Of a DNA stretch of 34,009 nt, positions 16,925-25,847 are shown in pieces. Both the position numbers and the translations under genes were made by a program. The stretch's first letter is position 1. Each line of letters opens with the position of its first letter. Under the pieces are notes generated by a model. The model saw only the letters and a list, made by a program, of their open reading frames with translations. It did no database searches and was not told the DNA's origin. Source of the stretch: Phycisphaerae bacterium SM23_33 (GTDB lineage: Bacteria > Planctomycetota > Phycisphaerae > SM23-33); NCBI GenBank assembly GCA_001303665.1, contig LJUF01000010.1, positions 1 through 34,009 of the forward strand. The letters run 5' to 3'.

Positions 16925-18883
16925 CTACTCGGCGGCCCGGGCCTCCTCCACGGCCGTCCGCGGCGCATACGGCACCTCGTACATGGGCCCGGGCAGGTGC
17001 AGGGCGGACCGCTTGGCGTCGATGTGGTCGATCATCAGGCGGGCCGCCTTGATGGGGTCGGCCTCGAAGGCGAACTTCCCGCCGAACAGCTCCTCCATAT
17101 CCTCGCAGACGAACCGGGTGACCCTTGGCGCGCCTTGCACCGGCAGCGGCTCGCCCAGCACCGTGAACACGCCCGAGGCGACCACGTAGAAGCCGATGGA
17201 GACGGCCTTCTCACTCATCCATTCCGGGGCCGCCCCGGCCACGGGCAGGTCGGCGATGCTTTCGCCCAGCCCGCCTTCCTTGACCATGTTGGACAGCACC
17301 ACCAGGATTCGGCTGTTGTCCACGCAGCTTCCCAGGTGCAGCACGGGCGGGGCGCCGACCGCCCGGCAGACCTCCTGGAGTCCCCTGCCGGCATACTCCA
17401 TCGCCGCCTCCGGGCACATCAGCCCGGCCTTGGCGTCGGCGACGGCGGTGCAGCCGGTTACCGCCACCAGCACGTCGTTGCGGATCAGCTCCTTGGTCAT
17501 CTCCGTGTGGCCGTAGTCGTGCCGGTGCTTGGGGTTGTTGCATCCCACCACGCCGGCCACGCCTCGCAGCCGGCCCGACATGATGGCGTCGTTCAAAGGC
17601 CGGTAGCTCGGCCGGTACCGCCCTCCCAGCATGGCGTAGATGTTCTCGGCCGTGAATCCCGCAACCAGCGGGTTGCTGTGGCCGGGGACGCAGGGCTCGG
17701 TCTTGCGGTTGGGGAAGTTCTCGATGGCCGCGCGCACGATCCGCTTGGCAATCTCCAGCGCCCGCGACTCCTCGAACTCGATGTGCTCGGCAAAGGGGAA
17801 CTTCGCCTTGGGGCTGGTGGAGATGAACTTGGTGTGGAACTTCTGCGACAGCGCCCCCAGGGCGGGGAAGATGCATTGGACGTCCACGATCATGGCGTCC
17901 ACCACGCCGGTGGTGACGGCCAGCTCCTGCTGGAGGAAGTTGCCCGCCACGGGGATGCCGTGCCGCATCAGAATCTCGTTGGCGGTGCAGCAGATCCCGC
18001 TCAGGGTGATGCCCTTGGCGCCTTGGCTCTTGGCCAGTTCCACCATTTCCTTGTCCTGGGCGGCGGCCACGATCATCTCCGACAGCGTGGGCTCGTGCCC
18101 GTGGACGATGATGTTGACGTTCGCCGGCTCCAGGACGCCGAGGTTGGCCCGGCCGCGCACCCACTCGGGCGTGCGGAACAAGACGTCGGACAGGTCCGTG
18201 GCGATCATGCTGCCGCCCCAGCCATCGCCCAGGGACGCGCGGACGCCCTGCAGGATGATGTTCACCGGATCGTTGTCCACGCCGATGTGAGTGCGGTGCA
18301 TGATCTCGACGATCTCGCGGTCCACCCCGCGGGGCATGACGCGGGCCCGCTGCCAGCGCTTCTGCTGGTCGGCCGGCGCCCGAGCGGCGAAGACCACCTC
18401 CCCATGCTGCTGGCCGAACTGGCCGAAGGCAATCTCCGCCACGGCCCGGGCGATCTGGCGCAGGTCCTTGCCGTCGGCCTTGACGCCCAGCTCTTCGGCC
18501 AACGCGCGGAGCTTGGCCTCGTCCTTGACCTGGTAGTCGCACTTCTCGTCCTCGGCCGCCATCAGCAGCGTGTGGGCGATGTCGCGACCGTGATCGGAGT
18601 GCGCGGCGGCCCCGCCTGCAATCATCCGCACCAGGTTGCGGGCGGCGATGATGTCGGCGTCGGCCCCGCAGATGCCCGCGGCCGGGCCTTCCCCGAAGGG
18701 ATCGATCCGGCACGGGCCCATGGTGCAGTTGCGGCAGCAGATGCCGAGCTGCCCGAAGCCGCACTGGGGCTCCATCGCTTCCTGCCGGTCCCAGGCCACC
18801 GCCAGCCCTTTGGAGGCGGCTGCCTCCAGCATCGCAACGGTGGCGGGATCAACGCTTCGCTGTTTGGGCGTTTTCACGGACAC
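16925..18883 (-). CDS. cooS: Anaerobic Ni,Fe carbon monoxide dehydrogenase catalytic subunit
   Basis: 652 aa. The N-terminal D/B-cluster region is CGFGQLGICCRNCTMGPCRI. The protein is CooS/AcsA-like across its full length. The start is GTG at 18883, or GTG at 18877, which has better spacing to GAGAGG. Confidence 0.95.
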   Translation of the reverse strand: MSVKTPKQRSVDPATVAMLEAAASKGLAVAWDRQEAMEPQCGFGQLGICCRNCTMGPCRIDPFGEGPAAGICGADADIIAARNLVRMIAGGAAAHSDHGRDIAHTLLMAAEDEKCDYQVKDEAKLRALAEELGVKADGKDLRQIARAVAEIAFGQFGQQHGEVVFAARAPADQQKRWQRARVMPRGVDREIVEIMHRTHIGVDNDPVNIILQGVRASLGDGWGGSMIATDLSDVLFRTPEWVRGRANLGVLEPANVNIIVHGHEPTLSEMIVAAAQDKEMVELAKSQGAKGITLSGICCTANEILMRHGIPVAGNFLQQELAVTTGVVDAMIVDVQCIFPALGALSQKFHTKFISTSPKAKFPFAEHIEFEESRALEIAKRIVRAAIENFPNRKTEPCVPGHSNPLVAGFTAENIYAMLGGRYRPSYRPLNDAIMSGRLRGVAGVVGCNNPKHRHDYGHTEMTKELIRNDVLVAVTGCTAVADAKAGLMCPEAAMEYAGRGLQEVCRAVGAPPVLHLGSCVDNSRILVVLSNMVKEGGLGESIADLPVAGAAPEWMSEKAVSIGFYVVASGVFTVLGEPLPVQGAPRVTRFVCEDMEELFGGKFAFEADPIKAARLMIDHIDAKRSALHLPGPMYEVPYAPRTAVEEARAAE

Positions 18884-18964
18884 CTCTCTTGGTGGATAGA
18901 ATCCGAGTGTTTGAGGCGTGTTGGAGGCCCCCAGGCGCGACCCATCTGGAGCCTCAACCCTGGT

Positions 18965-18996
18965 AACGTGTTTGCGGGCGCGCCCCAGACGTGCAG
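18965..18996 (-). promoter_or_regulatory. Shared leader element, copy 1 (minus-strand reading CTGCACGTCTGGGGCGCGCCCGCAAACACGTT), ~81 nt upstream of cooS
   Basis: The 15-nt core GCCCGCAAACACGTT is identical to 20125-20139. The upstream CTGCA..TCTGG-N5 part is also shared. Its orientation relative to the downstream operon is the same as for copy 2. Confidence 0.4.
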
Positions 18997-19204
18997 TCCA
19001 TCCGGGCCGGCCCTCGACTTCACGAGCTTCCGTTTACAGGATAGCAGGGCGGCGGCCTGCAAGGCAACGACTTTTTGGCAGGCGCCCCGGGGGCTTCCGG
19101 GGGCTGTGGGCCGCTCGGCCGGCCCGGGGCCGAGTGACTGTCAGCCCGTCTCGACAGATTGGCTTGCCACGGTGCGGCTGGACTTCCTAAACTGCACGGG
19201 TGCG

Positions 19205-20080
19205 ATGAAACTGGCCGTATCCGGAAAAGGCGGTGTGGGCAAAACGACCCTGTCGGCCATGCTGGCGGCGGCCCTGGCCTTGAAAGGGCGCACCGTGGTC
19301 GCCCTCGACGCCGACCCCGACGCCAACCTGGGCTCGGCCCTGGGCCTGCCCGCCGACGAGCCCATCACCCCGCTGGCCGAGATGGAAGACCTCATCCGGC
19401 AGCGGACCGGGGCCCAGAAAGGCTACGGCACCTTCTTCAAGCTCAATCCCAAGGTGGACGACATCCCGGAAAGCTATGCCCGGCGGATCGGCAACATCCG
19501 CCTGCTGGTGCTGGGCGGCATCCGCGCCGGCGGCGACGGCTGCCTCTGCCCGGCCACCGCGCTGCTGAAGGCCCTGCTGGTCCATTTGATCCTCGGCCGG
19601 GACGAGCACCTCATCATGGACATGGAGGCGGGCATCGAGCACCTCGGCCGGGCCACCGCCCAGTCCATGGACGCCTTGCTGGTGGTGGTGGACCCGACGC
19701 CCTGGAGCACCCAGACGGCCCACCGCGTCCGCAAGTTGGCCGGCGACATCGGGATGAAGAAGGTGCTGGCCGTGGCCAACCGCATAAGCCGACCCGACGA
19801 GGCGGACGGCATCCGGCAGCGGCTTGGGGAAATCCCGCTGGCGGGCCATCTGCCCGCCGACGAGCCCATCACCCCGCTGGCCGAGATGGAAGACCTCATC
19901 CGGCAGCGGACCGGGGCCCAGAAAGGCTACGGCACCTTCTTCATGGAAAAGCGGCTTGCCGAGGCTGCGCCTTCCACGCCCGCCCCGAAGGCGCCGATCC
20001 GCAGCCCCGCCCAGCCAACCCGGTTCTGCCGACAGCAAAAAGCCCTTGCCTTCCCCGAGCGGTTTCTGTATACGGAGTAG
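19205..20080 (+). CDS. cooC: CooC-type CODH nickel-insertion ATPase with an aberrant, internally duplicated C-terminus
   Basis: MKLAVSGKGGVGKTT Walker A. CLCP metal motif. CooC-like up to ...GEIPLAGHLPAD. A perfect copy of aa 48-78 then follows, and after it a non-CooC-like 45-aa tail. The long ORF-track entry 16997..20080 is a run-on antisense to cooS. Confidence 0.8.
   Translation: MKLAVSGKGGVGKTTLSAMLAAALALKGRTVVALDADPDANLGSALGLPADEPITPLAEMEDLIRQRTGAQKGYGTFFKLNPKVDDIPESYARRIGNIRLLVLGGIRAGGDGCLCPATALLKALLVHLILGRDEHLIMDMEAGIEHLGRATAQSMDALLVVVDPTPWSTQTAHRVRKLAGDIGMKKVLAVANRISRPDEADGIRQRLGEIPLAGHLPADEPITPLAEMEDLIRQRTGAQKGYGTFFMEKRLAEAAPSTPAPKAPIRSPAQPTRFCRQQKALAFPERFLYTE
19346..19439 (+). repeat. 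94-nt perfect direct repeat, copy 1 (inside cooC)
   Basis: As I read it, this is identical to 19850-19943. The offset is 504 nt, which is in frame. It encodes LPADEPITPLAEMEDLIRQRTGAQKGYGTFF. Confidence 0.85.
19850..19943 (+). repeat. 94-nt perfect direct repeat, copy 2 (cooC 3' region)
   Basis: Identical to 19346-19439. It begins right after the native ...GHLPAD context, which shares LPAD microhomology with copy 1. Confidence 0.85.
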
Positions 20081-20109
20081 CTCTCTTTGAGGGCCGGTTC
20101 GGATGATAG

Positions 20110-20139
20110 CTGCATCTGGACCCAGCCCGCAAACACGTT
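20110..20139 (+). promoter_or_regulatory. Shared leader element, copy 2 (CTGCATCTGGACCCAGCCCGCAAACACGTT), ~111 nt upstream of fhs
   Basis: It has the same 15-nt core and the same CTGCA/TCTGG-N5 upstream part as the cooS leader copy. Confidence 0.4.
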
Positions 20140-20250
20140 GGCGTGTGCAGAGGCCCTGAGGTTCGGCGCACTCTGGCACGGCTCAAGCACCCCTGCGGCA
20201 CCCAGGCGAGGTGTAATTGTCAAAACGCCCTGAGCGCAAGGAGATTTTGT

Positions 20251-21999
20251 ATGGGCAAGTCCGTTCCGTCCGACATTGAGATTTCCAGGGCCGCCAAGCC
20301 CAAGCCGATCACCCAGGTCGCCAAGGAGGCGGGCATCCGCCCCAAGGAGCTGGAGCCGTACGGCGACGTCAAGGCCAAGGTGAAGCTGAGCATACTGGAC
20401 CGCCTGGCCAAGGCACCTAACGGCAAGTACATCGACGTGACCGCCATCACGCCCACGCCGTTGGGAGAGGGCAAGACCACCACGGCGGTGGGCCTGACCC
20501 AGGCCCTGGGAGTGCTGGGCAAGAAGGTGTTCCTGTGCATCCGCCAGCCCTCGATGGGACCGACCTTCGGCATCAAGGGCGGCGCGGCCGGCGGCGGCTA
20601 TAGCCAAGTCATCCCCATGGAGGAGTTCAACCTCCACCTCACCGGCGACATCCACGCCGTCAGCATCGCCCACAACCTGCTGGCGGCCGCCGTGGACGCC
20701 CGCATCAAGCACGAGGGCCACGCCGACGACGAGGCCTGGGCGAAGACGGGGCTGCCCCGGCTGAACATCGACCCGGACTCCATCACCTGGCGCCGGGTGG
20801 TGGACGTCAACGACGCGGCCCTGCGCTTCATCGAGACCGGCCTGAGCGACAGCTGGCTGGACGGGCCGCGGCGGAAGACCGGCTTCGACATCTCCGTGTC
20901 CTCGGAGATCATGGCCATCCTGGCCCTGGCCGCCGGGCCGGAGGACATGCGCCAGCGGCTGGGGCGGGTCATCATCGGCCTGAACAAAGACGGCGACCCG
21001 GTCACCGCCGAGGACCTGGGCTGCGCCGGGGCGATGATGGTGCTGCTGAAGGACGCCATCAAGCCCAACCTCATGCAGACCCTGGAAGGCCAGCCCGCCT
21101 TCGTCCACGCCGGGCCCTTCGCTAACATCGCCCACGGCAACAGCTCCATCCTGGCCGACAAGATCGCCCTGAAGCTGGCCGACTACGTGGTGACCGAATC
21201 CGGCTTCGGGGCCGACATCGGCATGGAGAAGTTCTTCGACATCAAGTGCCGCACCAGCGGGCTGGTGCCCAACTGCGTGGTGCTGGTGGGCACCATCCGG
21301 GCGCTGAAGATGCACGGCGGCGGGCCCAAGGTCACCCCCGGCAAGCCGCTGGCCGAGGAGTACACCCGCGAAAACCTCCAGCTTCTGGAGAAGGGCCTCT
21401 GCAACCTCACCCGGAACATCGAGATCGCCAAGATGTTCGGCGTGCCGGTGGTGGTGGCCATCAACCAGTTCCCCGCCGACACGCCCGCCGAGGTGGAGCT
21501 GGCCCGCCAGGCCGCCGAGCAGGCCGGCGCCGAGGCCGCCGTCATGTCCAACCACTGGGCCGAGGGCGGCCAGGGCGCCACCGACCTGGCCGAGGCGGTC
21601 GTGGCCGCCTGCGACAAGCCCACCGACTTCAAGCTGCTGTACCCCAACGAGATGTCCATCAAGGACAAGATCGAGCTGATTGCCAAGAAGGTGTACCTGG
21701 CCGGGGCGCTGGAGTACGCCCCGGTGGCCGAAAGACAGGTCGCCGCCTACGAAAAGGCCGGCCTGAGCCACCTGCCCATCTGCATGGCCAAGACGCACCT
21801 GTCCCTGACTCACGACCCCACGCTCAAGGGCGTGCCCCGCGGCTTCACCGTGCCCATCGTGGAGGTGCGGGCCTCGGCCGGGGCCGGCTTCCTGTACCCC
21901 CTGCTGGGCACCATGCGGACCATGCCGGGGCTGCCCAGCCGGCCGGCGTTCCTGAGCGTGGACCTGGACGGCGACGGCCAGGTCGTGGGCATGTTCTGA
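20251..21999 (+). CDS. fhs: Formate--tetrahydrofolate ligase
   Basis: The ATG at 20251 is preceded by AAGGAG. Sequence includes SDIEI..., [11 protein letters not shown] and the FTHFS family signature throughout. 582 aa. Confidence 0.95.
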   Translation: MGKSVPSDIEISRAAKPKPITQVAKEAGIRPKELEPYGDVKAKVKLSILDRLAKAPNGKYIDVTAITPTPLGEGKTTTAVGLTQALGVLGKKVFLCIRQPSMGPTFGIKGGAAGGGYSQVIPMEEFNLHLTGDIHAVSIAHNLLAAAVDARIKHEGHADDEAWAKTGLPRLNIDPDSITWRRVVDVNDAALRFIETGLSDSWLDGPRRKTGFDISVSSEIMAILALAAGPEDMRQRLGRVIIGLNKDGDPVTAEDLGCAGAMMVLLKDAIKPNLMQTLEGQPAFVHAGPFANIAHGNSSILADKIALKLADYVVTESGFGADIGMEKFFDIKCRTSGLVPNCVVLVGTIRALKMHGGGPKVTPGKPLAEEYTRENLQLLEKGLCNLTRNIEIAKMFGVPVVVAINQFPADTPAEVELARQAAEQAGAEAAVMSNHWAEGGQGATDLAEAVVAACDKPTDFKLLYPNEMSIKDKIELIAKKVYLAGALEYAPVAERQVAAYEKAGLSHLPICMAKTHLSLTHDPTLKGVPRGFTVPIVEVRASAGAGFLYPLLGTMRTMPGLPSRPAFLSVDLDGDGQVVGMF

Positions 22000-22144
22000 T
22001 GCGGACCAGCGGCGCCCAGGGAAGCAGCGGACACGACTCGTTTTCAGCCCCGGGTCCGATTGGCTAAGATGTAGGTAGGAGGGTTGCCAGCGGATGGCGG
22101 AGGCTCGGTGTCTCTGGCTTGATTCTCGAGGCGGAGAGGCGTTG

Positions 22145-24226
22145 ATGCAGAAGGCGGACTTGACATCAAGGGACATTGCCGAGCTCGGGCGGGTTACCGA
22201 ACTCATGGAGCGCGAGTGGTCCCCCTGCCGATACCATTGCCCCGTCCACGCGGACGTCCGGGGTTACATCGAGGCGGCCGCTCAGGGCCGGTTTGGCGAA
22301 GCCATCGACATCATTCGGGAGAACCTCCCGTTCGCCGCGGTGTGCGGGCGGGTCTGCCACCATCCCTGTGAGACCAACTGCCGCCGCAAGGACGTGGACG
22401 ACCCTGTGGCCATCCGGCACGTGAAGCGGTTCGTGGCCGAATTGCAGGGCGCCGAAGGCTGCACGGTTCACAAGCCGCCGGCCCAGGACAAGGCCCGGGT
22501 CGCGATTGTGGGCGCCGGCCCGGCCGGTCTGTCGGCGGCGCTGCACCTGGCCAAGCTCGGCTACCGCCCCACGGTCCTGGAGAAGTTCCCTATTGCCGGC
22601 GGCATCCCCGCCACCGCCATTCCCCGGTACCGCCTGCCCCTGGAAGTCGTCCAGATCGACGTGGACTGGATCCGCGCCCACGGGGTGGAACTGATCACCG
22701 GCGTCGAGGTCGGCAAGGACAGAAGCATCCAGGACCTGCTGGGCGAAGGGTACGAGGCGGTGCTGGTGGCGGCCGGCTTGGCCGCCAGCCGCACCCTGCC
22801 TCTGCCCGGCTCCGACCACCCGCGCGTGCATCTGGCCCTGGACTTCCTGACGGCCCTGAACTTCGGCGACAGGCCGGACGCCGGGGATGACGTGCTGGTC
22901 ATCGGCGGCGGCAACGTCGCCTGCGACGCAGCCCGCTCCTGCGTGCGGCTGAAGCCGGCCGCCCGCGTCCGCATGATGTGCTTGGAAAATGAAGAAGAGA
23001 TGCCCGCCTGGGAGTGGGAGCGGCGCGAGGCCGAGGAGGAGGGCGTCGGGATCATCTTCCGCCGCGGGCCGGTGAAGGTGATCCTCGAAGGCGACCGAAT
23101 CGTCGGCCTGACCACCCGCGGGGTCACCCGTGTTTTCGATTCGGAGGGGCGCTTCGACCCGCAGTACGACGACACGGACCTGAGCGACCTGCAGTGCGAT
23201 ACCGTCGTCATCGCCATCGGGCAGATGGCCAACATGGGCTTCGCCCGGGGCAGCGGTCTGAAGGCGGGCCCGGGCGGCCGGCTGGAATACGATCCGGCCA
23301 CCCACCAGGGCAGCCTGCCCAACGTCTTCTTCTGCGGGGAGATCGTCACGCCCCCCGGCTCGGTGGTGGAGGCCTGCGCCCACGGCCAGCGGGCGGCCAA
23401 GGCCATCCACATGTACCTGAGCGGCAAGACCATTCAGATTGACGATTCACTGCCGCCGTACATCGACACCATCCAGCCCGAAACCGCCGAGAAGGTGCTG
23501 AAAGTCTGCCGCCAGGCCATCCCCACGGACCCCCCCCAGCGGCGGAGGAAGCTGTTTACTGAGTTCGAGCGCGGCTACGACGAGCCAGCGGTGCTGGCCG
23601 AGGCCCGGCGGTGCATGAACTGCGGCAGCGGGGCCGAGGTCCTCACCGACAAGTGCGCCGCCTGCCTCACCTGCCTGCGCGTCTGCCCCTTCGACATTCC
23701 GGTGGTGACGGACGTGGCCCGGATCCAATCCACCCTGTGCCAGGCCTGCGGCATGTGCATTGCCGAATGCCCGGCCAACGCCATCATCGCCCGCGGCCGG
23801 GACGTCGGGGAGCTGGTCCAGCACACCGCGGCGGCCTTGGCCAAGATGAACGGGCGCGAGCCCAAGGTTATCGCTTACGTCTGCGGCCACCACGCCGGTG
23901 CCGCCGATTGGGGCGGTCGCGTCGAGGGCGTGGAGGGCGTGGCCGAAATCTACCTGCCCAGCACCGCCCGGCTCAGTTCGGCCGAGCTGCTGCACGCCTT
24001 CGAGAACGGCGCGGATGCCGTGATCGTGGTGGCATGTCCGGACGCGGCCGATCGTTATCCGCAAACGGCCGATCGCACCCGGCGGCGGGTCAACCAGGCC
24101 CGCCGGCTGCTCCAGGAAGCGGGCCTGGACGGCCAGGCCCTGCAACTGCTGGAAGTGGCCGACCAGGGCCGGCAGGCCATCCGCGCCGCCCTGGCCGAGG
24201 CGGCCGGAAAGACAAGTGCCTCTTAG
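22145..24226 (+). CDS. Fusion protein: GltD/NfnB-like NAD(P)H-FAD oxidoreductase plus 2x[4Fe-4S] ferredoxin domain plus MvhD(FlpD)-like domain
   Basis: N-terminal Fe-S region CRYHCPVH...CGRVCHHPCETNCRR. Dinucleotide folds VAIVGAGPAGLSAA and VLVIGGGNVACDAA. Ferredoxin motifs CAACLTCLRVCP and CQACGMCIAECP. The C-terminal part (KVIAYVCGHHAGAADWGG...GADAVIVVACPDA...) is FlpD/MvhD-like. The ATG at 22145 is preceded by GGAGAGG. Confidence 0.82.
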   Translation: MQKADLTSRDIAELGRVTELMEREWSPCRYHCPVHADVRGYIEAAAQGRFGEAIDIIRENLPFAAVCGRVCHHPCETNCRRKDVDDPVAIRHVKRFVAELQGAEGCTVHKPPAQDKARVAIVGAGPAGLSAALHLAKLGYRPTVLEKFPIAGGIPATAIPRYRLPLEVVQIDVDWIRAHGVELITGVEVGKDRSIQDLLGEGYEAVLVAAGLAASRTLPLPGSDHPRVHLALDFLTALNFGDRPDAGDDVLVIGGGNVACDAARSCVRLKPAARVRMMCLENEEEMPAWEWERREAEEEGVGIIFRRGPVKVILEGDRIVGLTTRGVTRVFDSEGRFDPQYDDTDLSDLQCDTVVIAIGQMANMGFARGSGLKAGPGGRLEYDPATHQGSLPNVFFCGEIVTPPGSVVEACAHGQRAAKAIHMYLSGKTIQIDDSLPPYIDTIQPETAEKVLKVCRQAIPTDPPQRRRKLFTEFERGYDEPAVLAEARRCMNCGSGAEVLTDKCAACLTCLRVCPFDIPVVTDVARIQSTLCQACGMCIAECPANAIIARGRDVGELVQHTAAALAKMNGREPKVIAYVCGHHAGAADWGGRVEGVEGVAEIYLPSTARLSSAELLHAFENGADAVIVVACPDAADRYPQTADRTRRRVNQARRLLQEAGLDGQALQLLEVADQGRQAIRAALAEAAGKTSAS

Positions 24227-24238
24227 GAGGTTTTTTCG

Positions 24239-24928
24239 ATGATCGTCGCCGAACGAAAGCCATTCGACGAAATCGTGGAGATGGTCGCGCCGTATAAGAA
24301 GGTGCTGGTGCTCGGCTGCGGCAGCTGCGTGACCGTGTGCCTGACCGGCGGGGAGCGACAGGCTGAGATACTCGCCTCGCAGCTCCGCCTGGCCGGGCGG
24401 AAGAAGGGCCTGGACCTGTCCGTGGACTTCGACTGCATCACCCGGCAGTGCGACCGCGAGTTCACCGAGAACCTCAAGTTCGACCCGGCCGAGTACGATG
24501 CCGTGCTGAGCCTGGCCTGCGGCGTGGGGGTGGGTTTCATGAGCGGGGTGCTTCCCGACACGCCCGTGCTTCCGGCCCTGAACACCACGTTTTACGGCGC
24601 GGGCGTGGCCGAAGGCGTCTGGGAGGAATACTGCCACGGCTGCGGGGATTGTGTGCTGGCCTGGACCGGGGGCATCTGCCCCATCGCCCGCTGCTCCAAG
24701 AGCCTCATCAACGGCGCCTGCGGCGGCACCAACGACGGCAAGTGCGAAGTCAGCCAGGACATGGACTGCGGCTGGCACCTGATCTACAAGCGTCTGCAGG
24801 AGCTCGGCCGGCTGGACGAACTCCGCAAGATGCGCCCGCCCAGAGACTGGAGCAAGAATCGCAGCGGCGGCGTCCGCCGCCTCAGCCGCGAGGAAATGGC
24901 CGAGATCGCCCAGGAGTCCGCCGAATGA
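24239..24928 (+). CDS. metV: Methylenetetrahydrofolate reductase small subunit (MTHFR C-terminal-like, Cys-rich)
   Basis: 229 aa. Sequence includes CGSCVTVC and CPIARCSKSLINGACGGTNDGKCEV...C. ATGA overlap with the metF start. Confidence 0.87.
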   Translation: MIVAERKPFDEIVEMVAPYKKVLVLGCGSCVTVCLTGGERQAEILASQLRLAGRKKGLDLSVDFDCITRQCDREFTENLKFDPAEYDAVLSLACGVGVGFMSGVLPDTPVLPALNTTFYGAGVAEGVWEEYCHGCGDCVLAWTGGICPIARCSKSLINGACGGTNDGKCEVSQDMDCGWHLIYKRLQELGRLDELRKMRPPRDWSKNRSGGVRRLSREEMAEIAQESAE

Positions 24929-25836
24929 ACGAGCCCGTCAGCAAATTGCAGGAGATCTTGGACGCCGGCCAGTTCGCCGTCACCGGAGAGATCGGCCCGC
25001 CCAAGGGCACCAACGTCGAGCCAGCCCTGCACGAGGCCCAGCAGTACCTCGAGGGCCGGGTGGCCGCCGTCAACGTCACCGACATTCAGACGGCGGTGAT
25101 GCGGCTGGGGTCGATGGCCGTCTGCCACCTGCTGCTGGACCGCGGCGTCGAGCCGGTCTTCCAGATGGTCTGCCGCGACCGCAATCGCCTGGCCCTGGAA
25201 TCCGACCTGCTTTCCGCCTACACCCTGGGCATCCGCAACGTCCTGGCCCTGACCGGCGACCACGTGGCCATGGGCGACCATCGCGAGGCCAAGTGCGTCT
25301 TCGACCTGGATTCGGTGGGCCTGCTGGAGGCGATGGCCCGCCTGGAGGCCGGCACCGACCTGGGGCGGGATGCGAAAGGCAACCCCAACCAACTCGACGG
25401 GGTGCCCAAGTTCTTCAAGGGCTGCTGCGTCACGCCCTGCGCCGACGAGGTCGAACCGCAGATCATCAAGCTGGAAAAGAAGGCCACCGCCGGCGCCCAG
25501 TTCGTCCAGACCCAGGCGGTGTACGACCCGGCGGCGTTCGAAAAGTTCATGAACCAGATCCAGCACGTCAAGGTCCCGGTGCTGGTGGGGATCGTGCTGC
25601 TGAAGTCGGCCGGCATGGCCAAGTACATGAACCGCTCGGTCCCGGGCGTGCAGGTGCCCGACGCAATCGTCCAGCGGCTGACCGACGCGCCCAAGGAAGA
25701 CCGCGCCAAGGTCAGCGTCGAGATCGCCGCCGAGCTCATCCGTGCGATGAAGCCCATGTGCCAGGGGGCCCACCTGATGACCCTAGGCTGGGATCACTGC
25801 GTGCCCGACATCATTCAGCAAGCGGAACTGGCGTAA
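24925..25836 (+). CDS. metF: Methylenetetrahydrofolate reductase catalytic subunit
   Basis: 303 aa from the ATG at 24925. It has an MTHFR TIM-barrel sequence (VNVTD..., LALTGD..., AGAQFVQTQAVYD). The ORF-track entry 24448.. includes an out-of-gene N-terminal extension. Confidence 0.92.
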   Translation: MNEPVSKLQEILDAGQFAVTGEIGPPKGTNVEPALHEAQQYLEGRVAAVNVTDIQTAVMRLGSMAVCHLLLDRGVEPVFQMVCRDRNRLALESDLLSAYTLGIRNVLALTGDHVAMGDHREAKCVFDLDSVGLLEAMARLEAGTDLGRDAKGNPNQLDGVPKFFKGCCVTPCADEVEPQIIKLEKKATAGAQFVQTQAVYDPAAFEKFMNQIQHVKVPVLVGIVLLKSAGMAKYMNRSVPGVQVPDAIVQRLTDAPKEDRAKVSVEIAAELIRAMKPMCQGAHLMTLGWDHCVPDIIQQAELA

Positions 25837-25847
25837 GGAGACAGACG

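Noticed and set aside
19138-19157. Palindrome CTGTC-N10-GACAG ~50 nt upstream of cooC, resembling CRP/CooA-type sites (TGTCA...CGACA). An adjacent GC hairpin CTCGGCC-N7-GGCCGAG lies at 19114-19134.
   Set aside because: The half-sites are only 5 nt. The spacing, TGTCA-N8-CGACA, does not match the N6 of CRP/CooA-family operators as I recall them. No CRP-family DNA-binding protein is encoded in the window. The evidence is too weak to call.
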